A stretch of DNA of 37,766 bases, taken from the UHGV virus genome UHGV-0387984, one strand, 5' to 3'. The notes under the pieces are model-generated. The model was not told the origin of the DNA. It saw only the letters and a program-made list of their open reading frames with translations, and searched no databases. The stretch comes from a virus. How positions within the stretch are numbered: the first letter of the stretch is position 1; every line of letters begins with the position of its first letter. The position numbers and the translations under genes are program-made. Of the stretch, positions 26,561 through 34,779 are shown piece after piece.

Positions 26561-26746
26561 TTAATACCCAAACACCAGATACCACGCCAGAATCACCAAG
26601 ATAAACCCGATCACTGCCACTCCAACTCTGATCCAGTAAGGCTTGTCCTGCTCCGGTAACTCAACAGATACGGAGCGGATGTCCCAGCTGTTTAAAGCGT
26701 TCGGCTGCTTGGTGGTCTGGCAGTGGTAAGTTCCTTTAATCTCCAT
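26561..26746 (-). CDS. Small membrane-anchored protein (61 aa)
   Basis: A C-terminal hydrophobic helix (VGVAVIGFILVILAWYLVFGY). Confidence 0.4.
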   Translation of the reverse strand: MEIKGTYHCQTTKQPNALNSWDIRSVSVELPEQDKPYWIRVGVAVIGFILVILAWYLVFGY

Positions 26747-26767
26747 GCTTGTCCTCCTTTCTACCGC

Positions 26768-26962
26768 CTAAGCGGTTTTCTCTTTTCGTGTCAATGCTCC
26801 CTGAATAATCCGGCAACATCCATCTATAAGTTTTTTAACTTCCTCTTCTGTGCGATCCACATAACAATCATCATGTACTCGGATTGTTGCATTTTTTACT
26901 TTTAATGTTTCTACGATCAAAATCATCACCTCTCTACTATGTATGCAGGTTGGATTGTCCAT
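26768..26962 (-). CDS. Hypothetical 64-aa protein
   Basis: ORF with its own start and spacing. No recognisable motif. Confidence 0.35.
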   Translation of the reverse strand: MDNPTCIHSREVMILIVETLKVKNATIRVHDDCYVDRTEEEVKKLIDGCCRIIQGALTRKEKTA

Positions 26963-26973
26963 GATATGTTGTC

Positions 26974-27129
26974 CTAGTCATCTTCTTTCTCTTCATTTTC
27001 TTCCTCTTTCTGACTCTTCTGTGATGCCATAGCTTCTGCGAAGCCGAGAAAATATCCTTTATTCATGTCGGACATATCTGGCAATGCCTGTGCTACTTTT
27101 CTGATGATTTCTTTCTCTTTCTCGCTCAT
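26974..27129 (-). CDS. 51-aa acidic micro-protein
   Basis: AGGAGGTACGC ribosome binding site. Translation: MSEKEKEIIRKVAQALPDMSDMNKGYFLGFAEAMASQKSQKEEENEEKEDD. Confidence 0.35.
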   Translation of the reverse strand: MSEKEKEIIRKVAQALPDMSDMNKGYFLGFAEAMASQKSQKEEENEEKEDD

Positions 27130-27138
27130 GCGTACCTC

Positions 27139-27879
27139 CTATGCTACATTCAGGAATTTGTTGATAAAATACTGCTGTCCTTTGCCGGTTACTTTTGTGG
27201 TTTTGTTAATCCGAACGGAACCATCTGGATTCATAGCTGTTGTCTCTTTCACTTCAAACAGCCCTAAATTCATAGATTTCTGTGTGGGCGAGTTCCATTC
27301 CGTTCCTTTTCTCTTACTCAGATACCCATTTTCACGCAACCACTCAAATAAGCGCTTCTGCCCTGTTTCAACGCCGTTCTGTTTCAAAATCTTCGCCAGA
27401 TCGCCGATTAAGATGGATGTATGACTGGTAGCGACAGCATCCGCAAATATCGCTTTCGGCTTCATTTCCTCAATTTGCGCTGTCTGCTCTTCGATTGTCT
27501 TCTGCGCTTCAAGCACTGCAAGCGCAAGAAGTTCTTTGCCCTGTGGCTGTTGCAAGTTGTACCTACCTGTCTTTCTGAGTACGGGAAGAACTTCCGCTGT
27601 TACCCAGTGTTTGAACTTTTTAGCATTCGGAAGTTTGCTTGAAAGAATCAAACCGTAAAGTCCTGACTCATTGATAAGAATTCCTTTTGTGCCATTCACG
27701 GTGAACGAATCGTTCAGCGTCCTGTCTTCTTCATCTACATGGTCACGAAGTGCTTTTTGTGGATTGCTATATCCCAAAATTACTGCCACATCTTTCCCCA
27801 CAAACCACGGTTCATTGTCAATCGTTACTGTTCTGATTTTACCGAACTCTTCGTTATTGAAAATTTTTAATTCGCTCAT
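27139..27879 (-). CDS. Anti-repressor, Bro-N plus KilA-C/ANT domains
   Basis: 246 aa. The N-terminus (ELKIFNNEEFGKIRTVTIDNEPWFVGKDVAVILGY) fits a Bro-N domain. The C-terminal half is typical of phage anti-repressor KilAC. Confidence 0.75.
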   Translation of the reverse strand: MSELKIFNNEEFGKIRTVTIDNEPWFVGKDVAVILGYSNPQKALRDHVDEEDRTLNDSFTVNGTKGILINESGLYGLILSSKLPNAKKFKHWVTAEVLPVLRKTGRYNLQQPQGKELLALAVLEAQKTIEEQTAQIEEMKPKAIFADAVATSHTSILIGDLAKILKQNGVETGQKRLFEWLRENGYLSKRKGTEWNSPTQKSMNLGLFEVKETTAMNPDGSVRINKTTKVTGKGQQYFINKFLNVA

Positions 27880-27891
27880 TTTTCCTCCAAT

Positions 27892-28281
27892 CTATGAAAA
27901 AATAAAATTCAACAGTTTGTCTATTCCGCTTTCTTGATTTGTTCGCCTGGTTTTTACAGCTCTTTTTGCATCGAATATTCTTTTCAATATCTGCTTTGAT
28001 TCTTCGAAATCTATAGAGTACCATTCACCGTTTATGCGATTATCTTTATACATTCTTTTAAATTCGGCTTCTATCTCAAAAGGGTTCGAGCAATATCCAG
28101 TTACATAGCACTTGTCTATTACCTTTCCGCTCTGATTTTGAACTACTTTTAATCGCCTTTCAAACTCTTCCGTAACGCCAATTTTCACGGAATTATCAAC
28201 GGATTTTAGCAAATATACAACTTTCGCTTTCTCCATCTCAGCCACTTCCCGGCTGTCTAATTTCTGTTGTAATTCGTTCAA
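27892..28281 (-). CDS. T5orf172 (GIY-YIG-like) domain protein
   Basis: 129 aa. The core VVYLLKSVDNSVKIGVTEEFERRLKVV matches the T5orf172/MUG113 pattern GxVYvl......KIGiT....RRl..l. Confidence 0.55.
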   Translation of the reverse strand: MNELQQKLDSREVAEMEKAKVVYLLKSVDNSVKIGVTEEFERRLKVVQNQSGKVIDKCYVTGYCSNPFEIEAEFKRMYKDNRINGEWYSIDFEESKQILKRIFDAKRAVKTRRTNQESGIDKLLNFIFS

Positions 28282-28369
28282 TACCTTTTACCTCCTATTT
28301 TTACTGCCGTCGTAACCTCCGTGGCGGGATTGCTTTATTTTTGCTTAACATCGAAAGAAACGGATGCGC

Positions 28370-28801
28370 TCACTGCATGCCTGAGAAAAACAACGGATAA
28401 CCATTAAGAGCTGCTTCTTTCAAATGAGGTAGCTCTTTTTCAGGCATCTCTTCTTTAAGAAGTTCCGCAAATGCTTCAGGAGTTTTTTTGACTTCGATCA
28501 AGCCAAATATCATATTGGAAAACTCTTCCTCTCTAGTAATGGATTTCAATACATCGAATTTTTTTATCTTTCTATCCTTATTTTCTTTGCCAAGGCCTAT
28601 AAACTCATCGATATACTTTTCGATACATTCAACCCCATGAATTTCTTCGCGCAACTCTTCTGGTTGTTCAAGAATTCTTTTCGTAGCATTTATGATCAAA
28701 TTCTCCGTATTTACCTTCTGAATTTTGATGTCATCTTCACACTTTTTGATGCGATACAACAAGCAATCCCATTTTCGTCTTGAAACCCACATCTTTCTCA
28801 C
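28370..28801 (-). CDS. Hypothetical protein (143 aa)
   Basis: ORF with GTG or ATG start, divergent from a strong plus-strand promoter. Confidence 0.45.
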   Translation of the reverse strand: MRKMWVSRRKWDCLLYRIKKCEDDIKIQKVNTENLIINATKRILEQPEELREEIHGVECIEKYIDEFIGLGKENKDRKIKKFDVLKSITREEEFSNMIFGLIEVKKTPEAFAELLKEEMPEKELPHLKEAALNGYPLFFSGMQ

Positions 28802-28822
28802 CTCTTTCTTTTTGAATCTTTA

Positions 28823-28851
28823 TTGTCATTTGTTTCCAACTCTCCTATAAT
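28823..28851 (+). promoter_or_regulatory. Sigma-70-type promoter TTGTCA-17nt-TATAAT
   Basis: The -35 element TTGTCA lies at 28823..28828 and the -10 element TATAAT at 28846..28851, with exactly 17 nt between them. It sits about 50 nt upstream of the 28903 gene start. Confidence 0.6.
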
Positions 28852-28902
28852 TTATTTACAGGCATCTGCCAATGCCAAGTAAACAAGGAAGGAGATGCAA
28901 CT

Positions 28903-29214
28903 ATGGAACTAACAAAGGATACTGATAAATTGTTACGCCTCGTGTATAAAGAATATTTGAATCGTAAAAAATGCGGTTTTTCAAAAGACTATTCTATAAA
29001 TTTCGAATGTCCAGAGGCATTGCAATCCGACTTCTTGCAGGAATTCAATGCAGATGATATACATTCATCCATTTGTGAACTGTCGCGAAACAATATGATT
29101 CGCTTATACACGGATGGTGGATTCAAATTATCTGACAAAGGAATTATCTACATGGAAAACCGATTCAAAAACAGCGTAAAGGAAGTTTTGGGATACATTT
29201 CCTTAATTAAGTAA
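28903..29214 (+). CDS. Hypothetical 103-aa protein of the immunity region (possibly winged-helix, YjcQ-like)
   Basis: GGAAGGAG ribosome binding site. It is driven by the near-consensus promoter above. Confidence 0.5.
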   Translation: MELTKDTDKLLRLVYKEYLNRKKCGFSKDYSINFECPEALQSDFLQEFNADDIHSSICELSRNNMIRLYTDGGFKLSDKGIIYMENRFKNSVKEVLGYISLIK

Positions 29215-29401
29215 TCTCATCGGACACTGCTTGCGAGTAAACTACATCTTTAGTTACAAACAGTGTCCAACTTCCGTTATCATAGTCGATATCAAGCCTT
29301 GAAATTCCTTTCATTTCCTTTCCATTTAGTTTAAAAATTCTTTTCTCGATGTCGATTTCTAGAGATTCAAGTTTCTTCTTCTCCACAATCATCCTTATCA
29401 C
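29207..29401 (-). CDS. Hypothetical 64-aa protein
   Basis: ORF convergent with the 28903 gene. Confidence 0.35.
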   Translation of the reverse strand: MIRMIVEKKKLESLEIDIEKRIFKLNGKEMKGISRLDIDYDNGSWTLFVTKDVVYSQAVSDEIT

Positions 29402-29409
29402 TCCTTTCC

Positions 29410-29766
29410 TTATATTCTGTCCTCTGCATTTCTTAATCCGGGCTTGGAACCGGCCTTGGCTGCATTACAGCGCCAGAATGCGTCAGGCGGTTTATCAGAG
29501 CTGTTGTCATTTTCTTCAAGCTCAAGATCGATCAACATATCATTGAATTGATTGGAAATCTTTAAAATAAATTTTGTTAAAATAATAAGAGATTTCACAT
29601 TCCCACGATCTGCTATCTTCCTGTGAGCTGATAGCAGATTTTTTACAACTGTCTTTCTAATGTAAAATCCAAATTCTTCTTTCATTTCCATTTCCTCACT
29701 TTCAGTTTTTGTTTGGGTTGTTTGAGTTTGCAAACTCATAATACAGCTCTTTTTAGAGTTTGTCAA
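29410..29766 (-). CDS. Hypothetical protein, candidate first gene of the lytic-direction operon (Cro-position)
   Basis: 118-aa ORF divergent from the XRE regulator at 29852. No helix-turn-helix motif is recognisable by eye, and the start codon is uncertain. Confidence 0.4.
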   Translation of the reverse strand: MTNSKKSCIMSLQTQTTQTKTESEEMEMKEEFGFYIRKTVVKNLLSAHRKIADRGNVKSLIILTKFILKISNQFNDMLIDLELEENDNSSDKPPDAFWRCNAAKAGSKPGLRNAEDRI

Positions 29767-29799
29767 CCCTATTTTTAAGAAATTTATTTCGTTTTTGAG

Positions 29800-29828
29800 T
29801 TGATAAACTCACCAGGTTATGATATAAT
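29800..29828 (+). promoter_or_regulatory. Extended -10 sigma-70 promoter TTGATA-17nt-TGaTATAAT for the XRE regulator gene
   Basis: The -35 element lies at 29800..29805 and the -10 element at 29823..29828, with a TG at -15/-14. A ribosome binding site (AAGGAGGTG) and the ATG at 29852 follow. Confidence 0.6.
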
Positions 29829-29851
29829 ATATTTCGTAAGGAGGTGATATA

Positions 29852-30232
29852 ATGGAAATGTTCGAGAGAATAAAACTCCTCCGAACTGAACAATTACATA
29901 TGACGCAGACTGAATTCGGCGAAGCTCTTGGAGTGAAAAGAGACGTTATAAATAATATTGAAAATAATCGTTTGAAAAATCCAGAGAAACAGGAACCGAT
30001 TTATAGGTTGATGTGCGAAAAATTTAATGTAAGCGAAGAATGGTTAAGGACCGGAAACGGTGAAATGTTTGTACCATTAACAAGGGACCAGTTAATCACA
30101 GACTTTGCTGCTGATCTTATAATGGAAGATAATACATTTAAGAAAAGATTAGTAGAAGCCCTTGCAAAACTGGATGAAAGTGAATGGGAAGTCCTAGAGA
30201 AGCTCGCTGAGAGCTTAATTAAAAAAGACTAG
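29852..30232 (+). CDS. XRE-family helix-turn-helix transcriptional regulator (candidate CI-like repressor; no peptidase domain)
   Basis: 126 aa. The N-terminal helix-turn-helix reads MFERIKLLRTEQLHMTQTEFGEALGVKRDVINNIEN. It is transcribed in the same direction as the integrase. Confidence 0.75.
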   Translation: MEMFERIKLLRTEQLHMTQTEFGEALGVKRDVINNIENNRLKNPEKQEPIYRLMCEKFNVSEEWLRTGNGEMFVPLTRDQLITDFAADLIMEDNTFKKRLVEALAKLDESEWEVLEKLAESLIKKD

Positions 30233-30258
30233 GGGTTCCCCTAGCCTAAAAGTTTTTT
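30221..30258. terminator. Bidirectional rho-independent terminator
   Basis: Sequence: AAAAAAGA-CTAGGGGTTCCCCTAG-CCTAAAAGTTTTTTG. A perfect GC palindrome is flanked by an A-tract and a T-tract. It overlaps the stop codon of the 29852 gene and lies between convergent transcription units. Confidence 0.65.
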
Positions 30259-30534
30259 GCAGAATCGGTATACAAGTTCCAACATCTCAATGTTGTTGGA
30301 CTTGTTAACCAATTCAATGATAAGTTTTTTGTAGTCCATTCGCGATCCCCCTAACTGCAAAAACACATGTTCGAAATCCCTGAATACATAATACTATTTC
30401 AGAGGATAAAAATCAATATTTTGTTCGAACATTTGTTCTGTTATTTTATGGCAATATTTTGCCCTCTATTAAGTAAACAGTTAAAATTCGGGAAACTGAC
30501 GCAAAAATGGACAATCGTCCCAGATCTGGGACAC

Positions 30535-30732
30535 TTATTTGTATGGAGAGTCGATAAGGTCAGAAATTCGGACTTTTAAGCCCTTGGCAAGCAATTCCAG
30601 TGTGTCAGCTGTCGGTGATATTTCACCATTTGCAATACGGTTAATCGTTGATTTTGATATTCCGGTCGCAATGGATACTTGCCGAGTAGATAGGTTTTTA
30701 TCGTGCATGATCTTATCGAGTAGTATTTTCAT
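30535..30732 (-). CDS. Small XRE-family helix-turn-helix regulator (65 aa)
   Basis: Translation includes LSTRQVSIATGISKSTINRIANGE, a classic HTH_3 motif. It is divergent from the DUF4236 gene. Confidence 0.7.
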   Translation of the reverse strand: MKILLDKIMHDKNLSTRQVSIATGISKSTINRIANGEISPTADTLELLAKGLKVRISDLIDSPYK

Positions 30733-30865
30733 AATATTTTAATTGTAGTATATTCCGATACTGGAAACTACAGGGAAATACTGGAAATGATATAACCGCT
30801 TCGGCATTTATATATAAGTTGTGGGAAAATGTGCAGAAGAGAAAAGAGGGTGAAATAGAAAAGGA

Positions 30866-31891
30866 ATGGGATTACGTTTCAGGAAGAGTTTTAAAATCGC
30901 TCCAGGTGTAAAGTTTAATCTTAATAAAAATAGTCATAGCTTTACATTCGGAGGAAAAGGAATGCATTACACAGTTAATTCCAATGGGAAGAGAACGAAG
31001 AGTTTTGGAATTCCAGGGAGTGGACTGTACTACACAGAAACAGAGAACGGAAAAACAAAGGAAGACAAAGGAAAAACAATGAGAAAAACATCAAACACAA
31101 GTGGTGGAGGGTGTCTTGCATCTATCGTCTTACTTATAATGATATCTATCGCACTTGCGGCGTATTCACTTTTTTGGATACCTGCTATACCGATTTTGAT
31201 ATACTGCATTGCATCCAAAAAATTCCGGCCTTATAGAGTCAGAAATACCATAATATGCTTAGTTGTATTTGCTACATCTCTGATAGTATTTATATGGTTA
31301 GGTTCCACGCCGGAATTAAACTCTATATCGGTAGATTGGGGGGAGGATAGATTTAACGTAGGCGATGTAACAGAAGTAAGGATTACGCCGAGTCCGTCAG
31401 ATGCGAAAATCGAAGAGTTAGAACTGTCGAAAAACGGCATTGCAACTCTTAAATATGAGGACGGAAAAGCAATTATTACATTCGAAAATTCCGGTGATAC
31501 AGCACTATTTTTCACGGCGAACGGAGACATTAAGAGTAGTTCGAAAAATATTACAGTTGTAGACCCGGAAGAAGAAGCAAGATTAAAGGCTGAGGAAGAA
31601 GAGAGAATACGACTTGAGCAGGAAGCTCAGGCTGCTGAACAGGCAAGAATTGAGCAAGAACAGGCTGCCGCTGCTGAACAAGAAAGGATTGCACAAGAGC
31701 AAGCTGCAGCACAAGCAGCGCAAGAACAGGCTGCACAGCAAAGCCAAGATGATCCCATCGTGTATATAACAAACACTGGAGCCAAGTATCATAGCGCTGG
31801 ATGCAGAACTTTAAAATCTAAGATAGAAAAGCATCTATCTGAGGTACGCGGGGTTTATGAACCGTGCGGCATTTGCCATCCACCACAATAA
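30866..31891 (+). CDS. Modular membrane protein with five parts. (1) N-terminal DUF4236 motif. (2) Two TM helices. (3) A beta-rich extracytoplasmic domain. (4) An A/Q/E-rich coiled coil. (5) A C-terminal YH..C...PC..C zinc-binding motif.
   Basis: 341 aa. The N-terminus is MGLRFRKSFKIAPGVKFNLNKNSHSFTFGGKGMHY...GIPGSGLYYTE. Two hydrophobic helices span residues 83-145. The C-terminus reads TGAKYHSAGCRTLKSKIEKHLSEVRGVYEPCGICHP. It is co-oriented with the integrase in the lysogeny module. Confidence 0.7.
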   Translation: MGLRFRKSFKIAPGVKFNLNKNSHSFTFGGKGMHYTVNSNGKRTKSFGIPGSGLYYTETENGKTKEDKGKTMRKTSNTSGGGCLASIVLLIMISIALAAYSLFWIPAIPILIYCIASKKFRPYRVRNTIICLVVFATSLIVFIWLGSTPELNSISVDWGEDRFNVGDVTEVRITPSPSDAKIEELELSKNGIATLKYEDGKAIITFENSGDTALFFTANGDIKSSSKNITVVDPEEEARLKAEEEERIRLEQEAQAAEQARIEQEQAAAAEQERIAQEQAAAQAAQEQAAQQSQDDPIVYITNTGAKYHSAGCRTLKSKIEKHLSEVRGVYEPCGICHPPQ

Positions 31892-32064
31892 AATAAAAAC
31901 CGCCCCTGCGCCAACAGAGACGGTCTACATACCCGAAGATATGCGATTAAAATCCAAGAATATTGTATCATCTTCGGAAACAGCTTGCAAGCGGAACATA
32001 TGTTTTGCGCTGGCTGTTATTTTTGTACCCAAATTTAAATACAATAACATAGGAGTGTGATACA

Positions 32065-33597
32065 ATGTCTTATTTTATCTACGCACGAAAGTCAAGAAAA
32101 GACGCCGAACTGGAAGCGCTAGGGATTGATGTTCTGGAACGCCACATTACTACCCTGTTAGAGTTGGCAAAGACGCTCTCTCTTCCGATCGGTGCGATTT
32201 ACCGGGAAGTTGTGTCCGGAGACAGTATCGATGCCCGCCCAGTCATGACGCAAGTACTATCCGAGGTGGAAGCCTGTATGTGGGATGGTGCCCTCGTAAT
32301 GGACGTAGATCGTCTGGCCAGAGGTGATACGATCGATCAGGGACGTGTGCAGCGTGCATTTTTTTATTCCAACACCCGGATTGTAACACCGAATAAAACC
32401 TACGATCCTGCAAATGAGTATGATAATGAGTACTTTGAGTTCAGTTTATTTATGAGCCGCCGTGAGTACGCCACAATCAAGCGCCGGATGCAGCGTGGCA
32501 GGGAACGTTCCAGTTCTGATGGTTATTACGTTGGCAATGTTGCCCCTTATGGATGGGAGCGTGTCATTGCACCGGATGGAAAGCACTACTCTCTCGCCCC
32601 ACATCAGACCGAAGCACCAGTCCTTGATCTGATGTATGATCTGTGCGGAAATAAGCAGTACGGATACCAGAAAGCCTGTACCTATATGTCCAATATGGGA
32701 ATCCTTGCAAGGAGCGGAAAACCTTTTACTCCCTCCACTTTAAAAGGGATTATCTCGAATCCGGCAAACATCGGTAAAGTCCGCTGGGGATATCGCAAAA
32801 CGGTCAGAGCTGTAAAGGATGGTCGTGTGGTAAAATCCCGACCAAACGCCACGGATTACATTCTCGCTGATGCAGCATGGGCGCCACGGATCAGCCCAGA
32901 CTTATTTAAACGCGCGAACCAACCAAAAGGATGTTTTTCTGCTCCAGTCAGAAACGACAGACCGATACAAAATCTATTTGCAGGTCTGGTCAGATGCTCA
33001 CAATGCGATCGGCTTATGGTCCGTAAGAAAGCGCAAACGAAAACGCCCTATGATATGCTGATCTGTCAGTATACAGAGTGCTCCACAGTCGGGATCCGGA
33101 TTGATGAACTGGAAGAAGCTCTTCTGGGGTGGCTGAAAGACTACATAGCCAAATATGAATTTGCTGACACTTATGAGGAAGATACTGCTGCTATTGCCGC
33201 AAAAGAATTGATCGTCACAAGTTTTGAGACTGAACATCAGACACTTTTAAAACAGAGGGAATCCTTATTCGATTTTTTAGAGCAGGGAATTTACACAAAA
33301 GAAATTTTTATTGAGCGTTCGAATGCACTGGAGCAGCGGATCAGAGACTGCATGAATAACATCACTGCTGCCCGTGAAGATTTGCATACCACAATCGCAA
33401 GACAGGCAAACCGGAAAAATTTTGTGCCGAAGTGCAAGAATTTATTGAGTGAGTGGGACTCTCTGACTGTCTCGGAAAAGAACAGCGCCTTGAGACAGCT
33501 GATTGACAGGATTGTTCTGACTAAGACGAAACGGAACAAGAAAAACCAGAAAAACTCTGAATTCACAATCGATGTGTACCCGAAAGTGCCGAAATAA
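32065..33597 (+). CDS. int: Large serine recombinase (integrase)
   Basis: 510 aa. It has an N-terminal resolvase-type catalytic domain (YIYARKSRKD...), a recombinase domain, and a zinc ribbon (CSQCDRLMV...CQYTEC) with a C-terminal coiled coil. Confidence 0.85.
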   Translation: MSYFIYARKSRKDAELEALGIDVLERHITTLLELAKTLSLPIGAIYREVVSGDSIDARPVMTQVLSEVEACMWDGALVMDVDRLARGDTIDQGRVQRAFFYSNTRIVTPNKTYDPANEYDNEYFEFSLFMSRREYATIKRRMQRGRERSSSDGYYVGNVAPYGWERVIAPDGKHYSLAPHQTEAPVLDLMYDLCGNKQYGYQKACTYMSNMGILARSGKPFTPSTLKGIISNPANIGKVRWGYRKTVRAVKDGRVVKSRPNATDYILADAAWAPRISPDLFKRANQPKGCFSAPVRNDRPIQNLFAGLVRCSQCDRLMVRKKAQTKTPYDMLICQYTECSTVGIRIDELEEALLGWLKDYIAKYEFADTYEEDTAAIAAKELIVTSFETEHQTLLKQRESLFDFLEQGIYTKEIFIERSNALEQRIRDCMNNITAAREDLHTTIARQANRKNFVPKCKNLLSEWDSLTVSEKNSALRQLIDRIVLTKTKRNKKNQKNSEFTIDVYPKVPK

Positions 33598-33619
33598 CGG
33601 TGCTTTCGGAGTATATTTA

Positions 33620-33671
33620 TTAGCTGCATCTTTTACGAGCGTATTCTTTCGCACATCTAAGATGCAACTAA
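33620..33671. other. Candidate attP core: 52-bp element with 13-bp imperfect inverted-repeat arms
   Basis: Sequence: TTAGCTGCATCTT-(26 bp)-AAGATGCAACTAA, with 12 of 13 arm positions complementary. It starts 23 bp after the integrase stop codon. Its size and symmetry are typical of serine-integrase attP sites. Confidence 0.4.
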
Positions 33672-34003
33672 TACACATTAAATAAGTAGTAACTTTTTGA
33701 TAAAAATAAGATTGATACAATATTCTCAGGACGGCAACTCCATCCGCCCAACACTCATATACGCTGCACGTAAAAAGGTGTGCATCATTTCGGTTGTCAG
33801 GATCATTCCTTCTGGCAACCGGAATTTAAAAGTATTTCCCGGTATCTCCATAAATTCTTGGTATAGCAAAAACGTATCGTAAGATTCGTAGATCTGGTAT
33901 TCCATGATTGTTCCCCCTCTTGCATTGACTACATATATTATAGCACAGAGGGGTTTGAATTGAATTTATTAAAAATACATTTTGATAGAAAATAATATTA
34001 TTC

Positions 34004-34037
34004 CCCTCAGAGAGCTAATCTCCGAGGGTATTTTATT
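34004..34037. terminator. Hairpin terminator between the convergent integrase and endolysin genes
   Basis: CCCTCAGAG-(7 nt)-CTCCGAGGG, with 8 of 9 positions paired, followed by TATTTTATT on the plus strand. It lies 8 nt past the endolysin stop codon on the minus strand. Confidence 0.5.
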
Positions 34038-34779
34038 AGATAGTTTTGACTGGATCCCGATACAATGGCGCCATCAGTCTCGCATACCACGGTCCGTTTG
34101 GACTCCACTTGTAAGTTGGCATATCATGTCCATAATTCGCTTTATAGATCTCCTGTAAAATCTTCATTTCGTCTGGATGCTCCAAAGGTGTTACAACTCC
34201 ATCATGCATCCAATAAACACATCCTTTTCCCTCTACCGTAAACATACACTGCATAGTCTCTTCTCCTTCCTGATCTGTTGTTGTGCTTTGGTTTCCGTTC
34301 ATAAGTTCTTTGATCCGCTTGATAAAATATGCTTTTGTTGCTGCAGCACCACCATGTATCTCCACTGATCTGTGTGGACAAGCAGTAGCAAACACTTCTT
34401 GGTGTAAACGAATCGTGTTTTCGTTTGGAATAATTCCATATTGCTTACATTTTTGAGCACACCACTGTAAAGCACGTTCTTCATTTTGCTTAAATGTATT
34501 TAAGTCCCCCATACTTTGACAAACTTCAATACTCAGGTAATTTGTATTTCCGTCTGTATTTCCGCAATGCCAAGCACAGTTTGCGTCATCCTCTACCTGC
34601 CTAACACCATCGCTACCACAATATGCGTGAGCGAACCCTTTCTCTTTGTTGTGACTTCCATTCGCTAATTCATTAGCCCAGTAAGCCGCATTTAAAGAAC
34701 TGCCACCTGCATCGTTGTGAATAAAAATACCGACAGGATTTTTACCTCTCCTGCCGGCAATTCCTCTACAGATACTCAT
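34036..34779 (-). CDS. N-acetylmuramoyl-L-alanine amidase endolysin (Amidase_2/PGRP type)
   Basis: 247 aa. The N-terminal catalytic region has conserved His/Cys residues (GIFIHNDAG..., HAYCGSDG, CAWHCGN). It is the last gene of the lysis cassette. Confidence 0.8.
   Translation of the reverse strand: MSICRGIAGRRGKNPVGIFIHNDAGGSSLNAAYWANELANGSHNKEKGFAHAYCGSDGVRQVEDDANCAWHCGNTDGNTNYLSIEVCQSMGDLNTFKQNEERALQWCAQKCKQYGIIPNENTIRLHQEVFATACPHRSVEIHGGAAATKAYFIKRIKELMNGNQSTTTDQEGEETMQCMFTVEGKGCVYWMHDGVVTPLEHPDEMKILQEIYKANYGHDMPTYKWSPNGPWYARLMAPLYRDPVKTI

Noticed and set aside
30241-30339. 32-aa minus-strand ORF (MDYKKLIIELVNKSNNIEMLELVYRFCKKLLG) downstream of the small XRE gene
   Set aside because: It has a ribosome binding site, but it is very short, and its stop codon lies inside the terminator palindrome. 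Coding potential cannot be judged from sequence alone.
30367-30579. 70-aa plus-strand ORF between the convergent XRE genes
   Set aside because: It overlaps the 3' end of the minus-strand XRE gene in antisense and lacks a ribosome binding site.
33697-33882. 61-aa plus-strand ORF in the attP/terminator intergenic region
   Set aside because: No ribosome binding site. It lies in an AT-rich non-coding region with regulatory hairpins and is most likely spurious.
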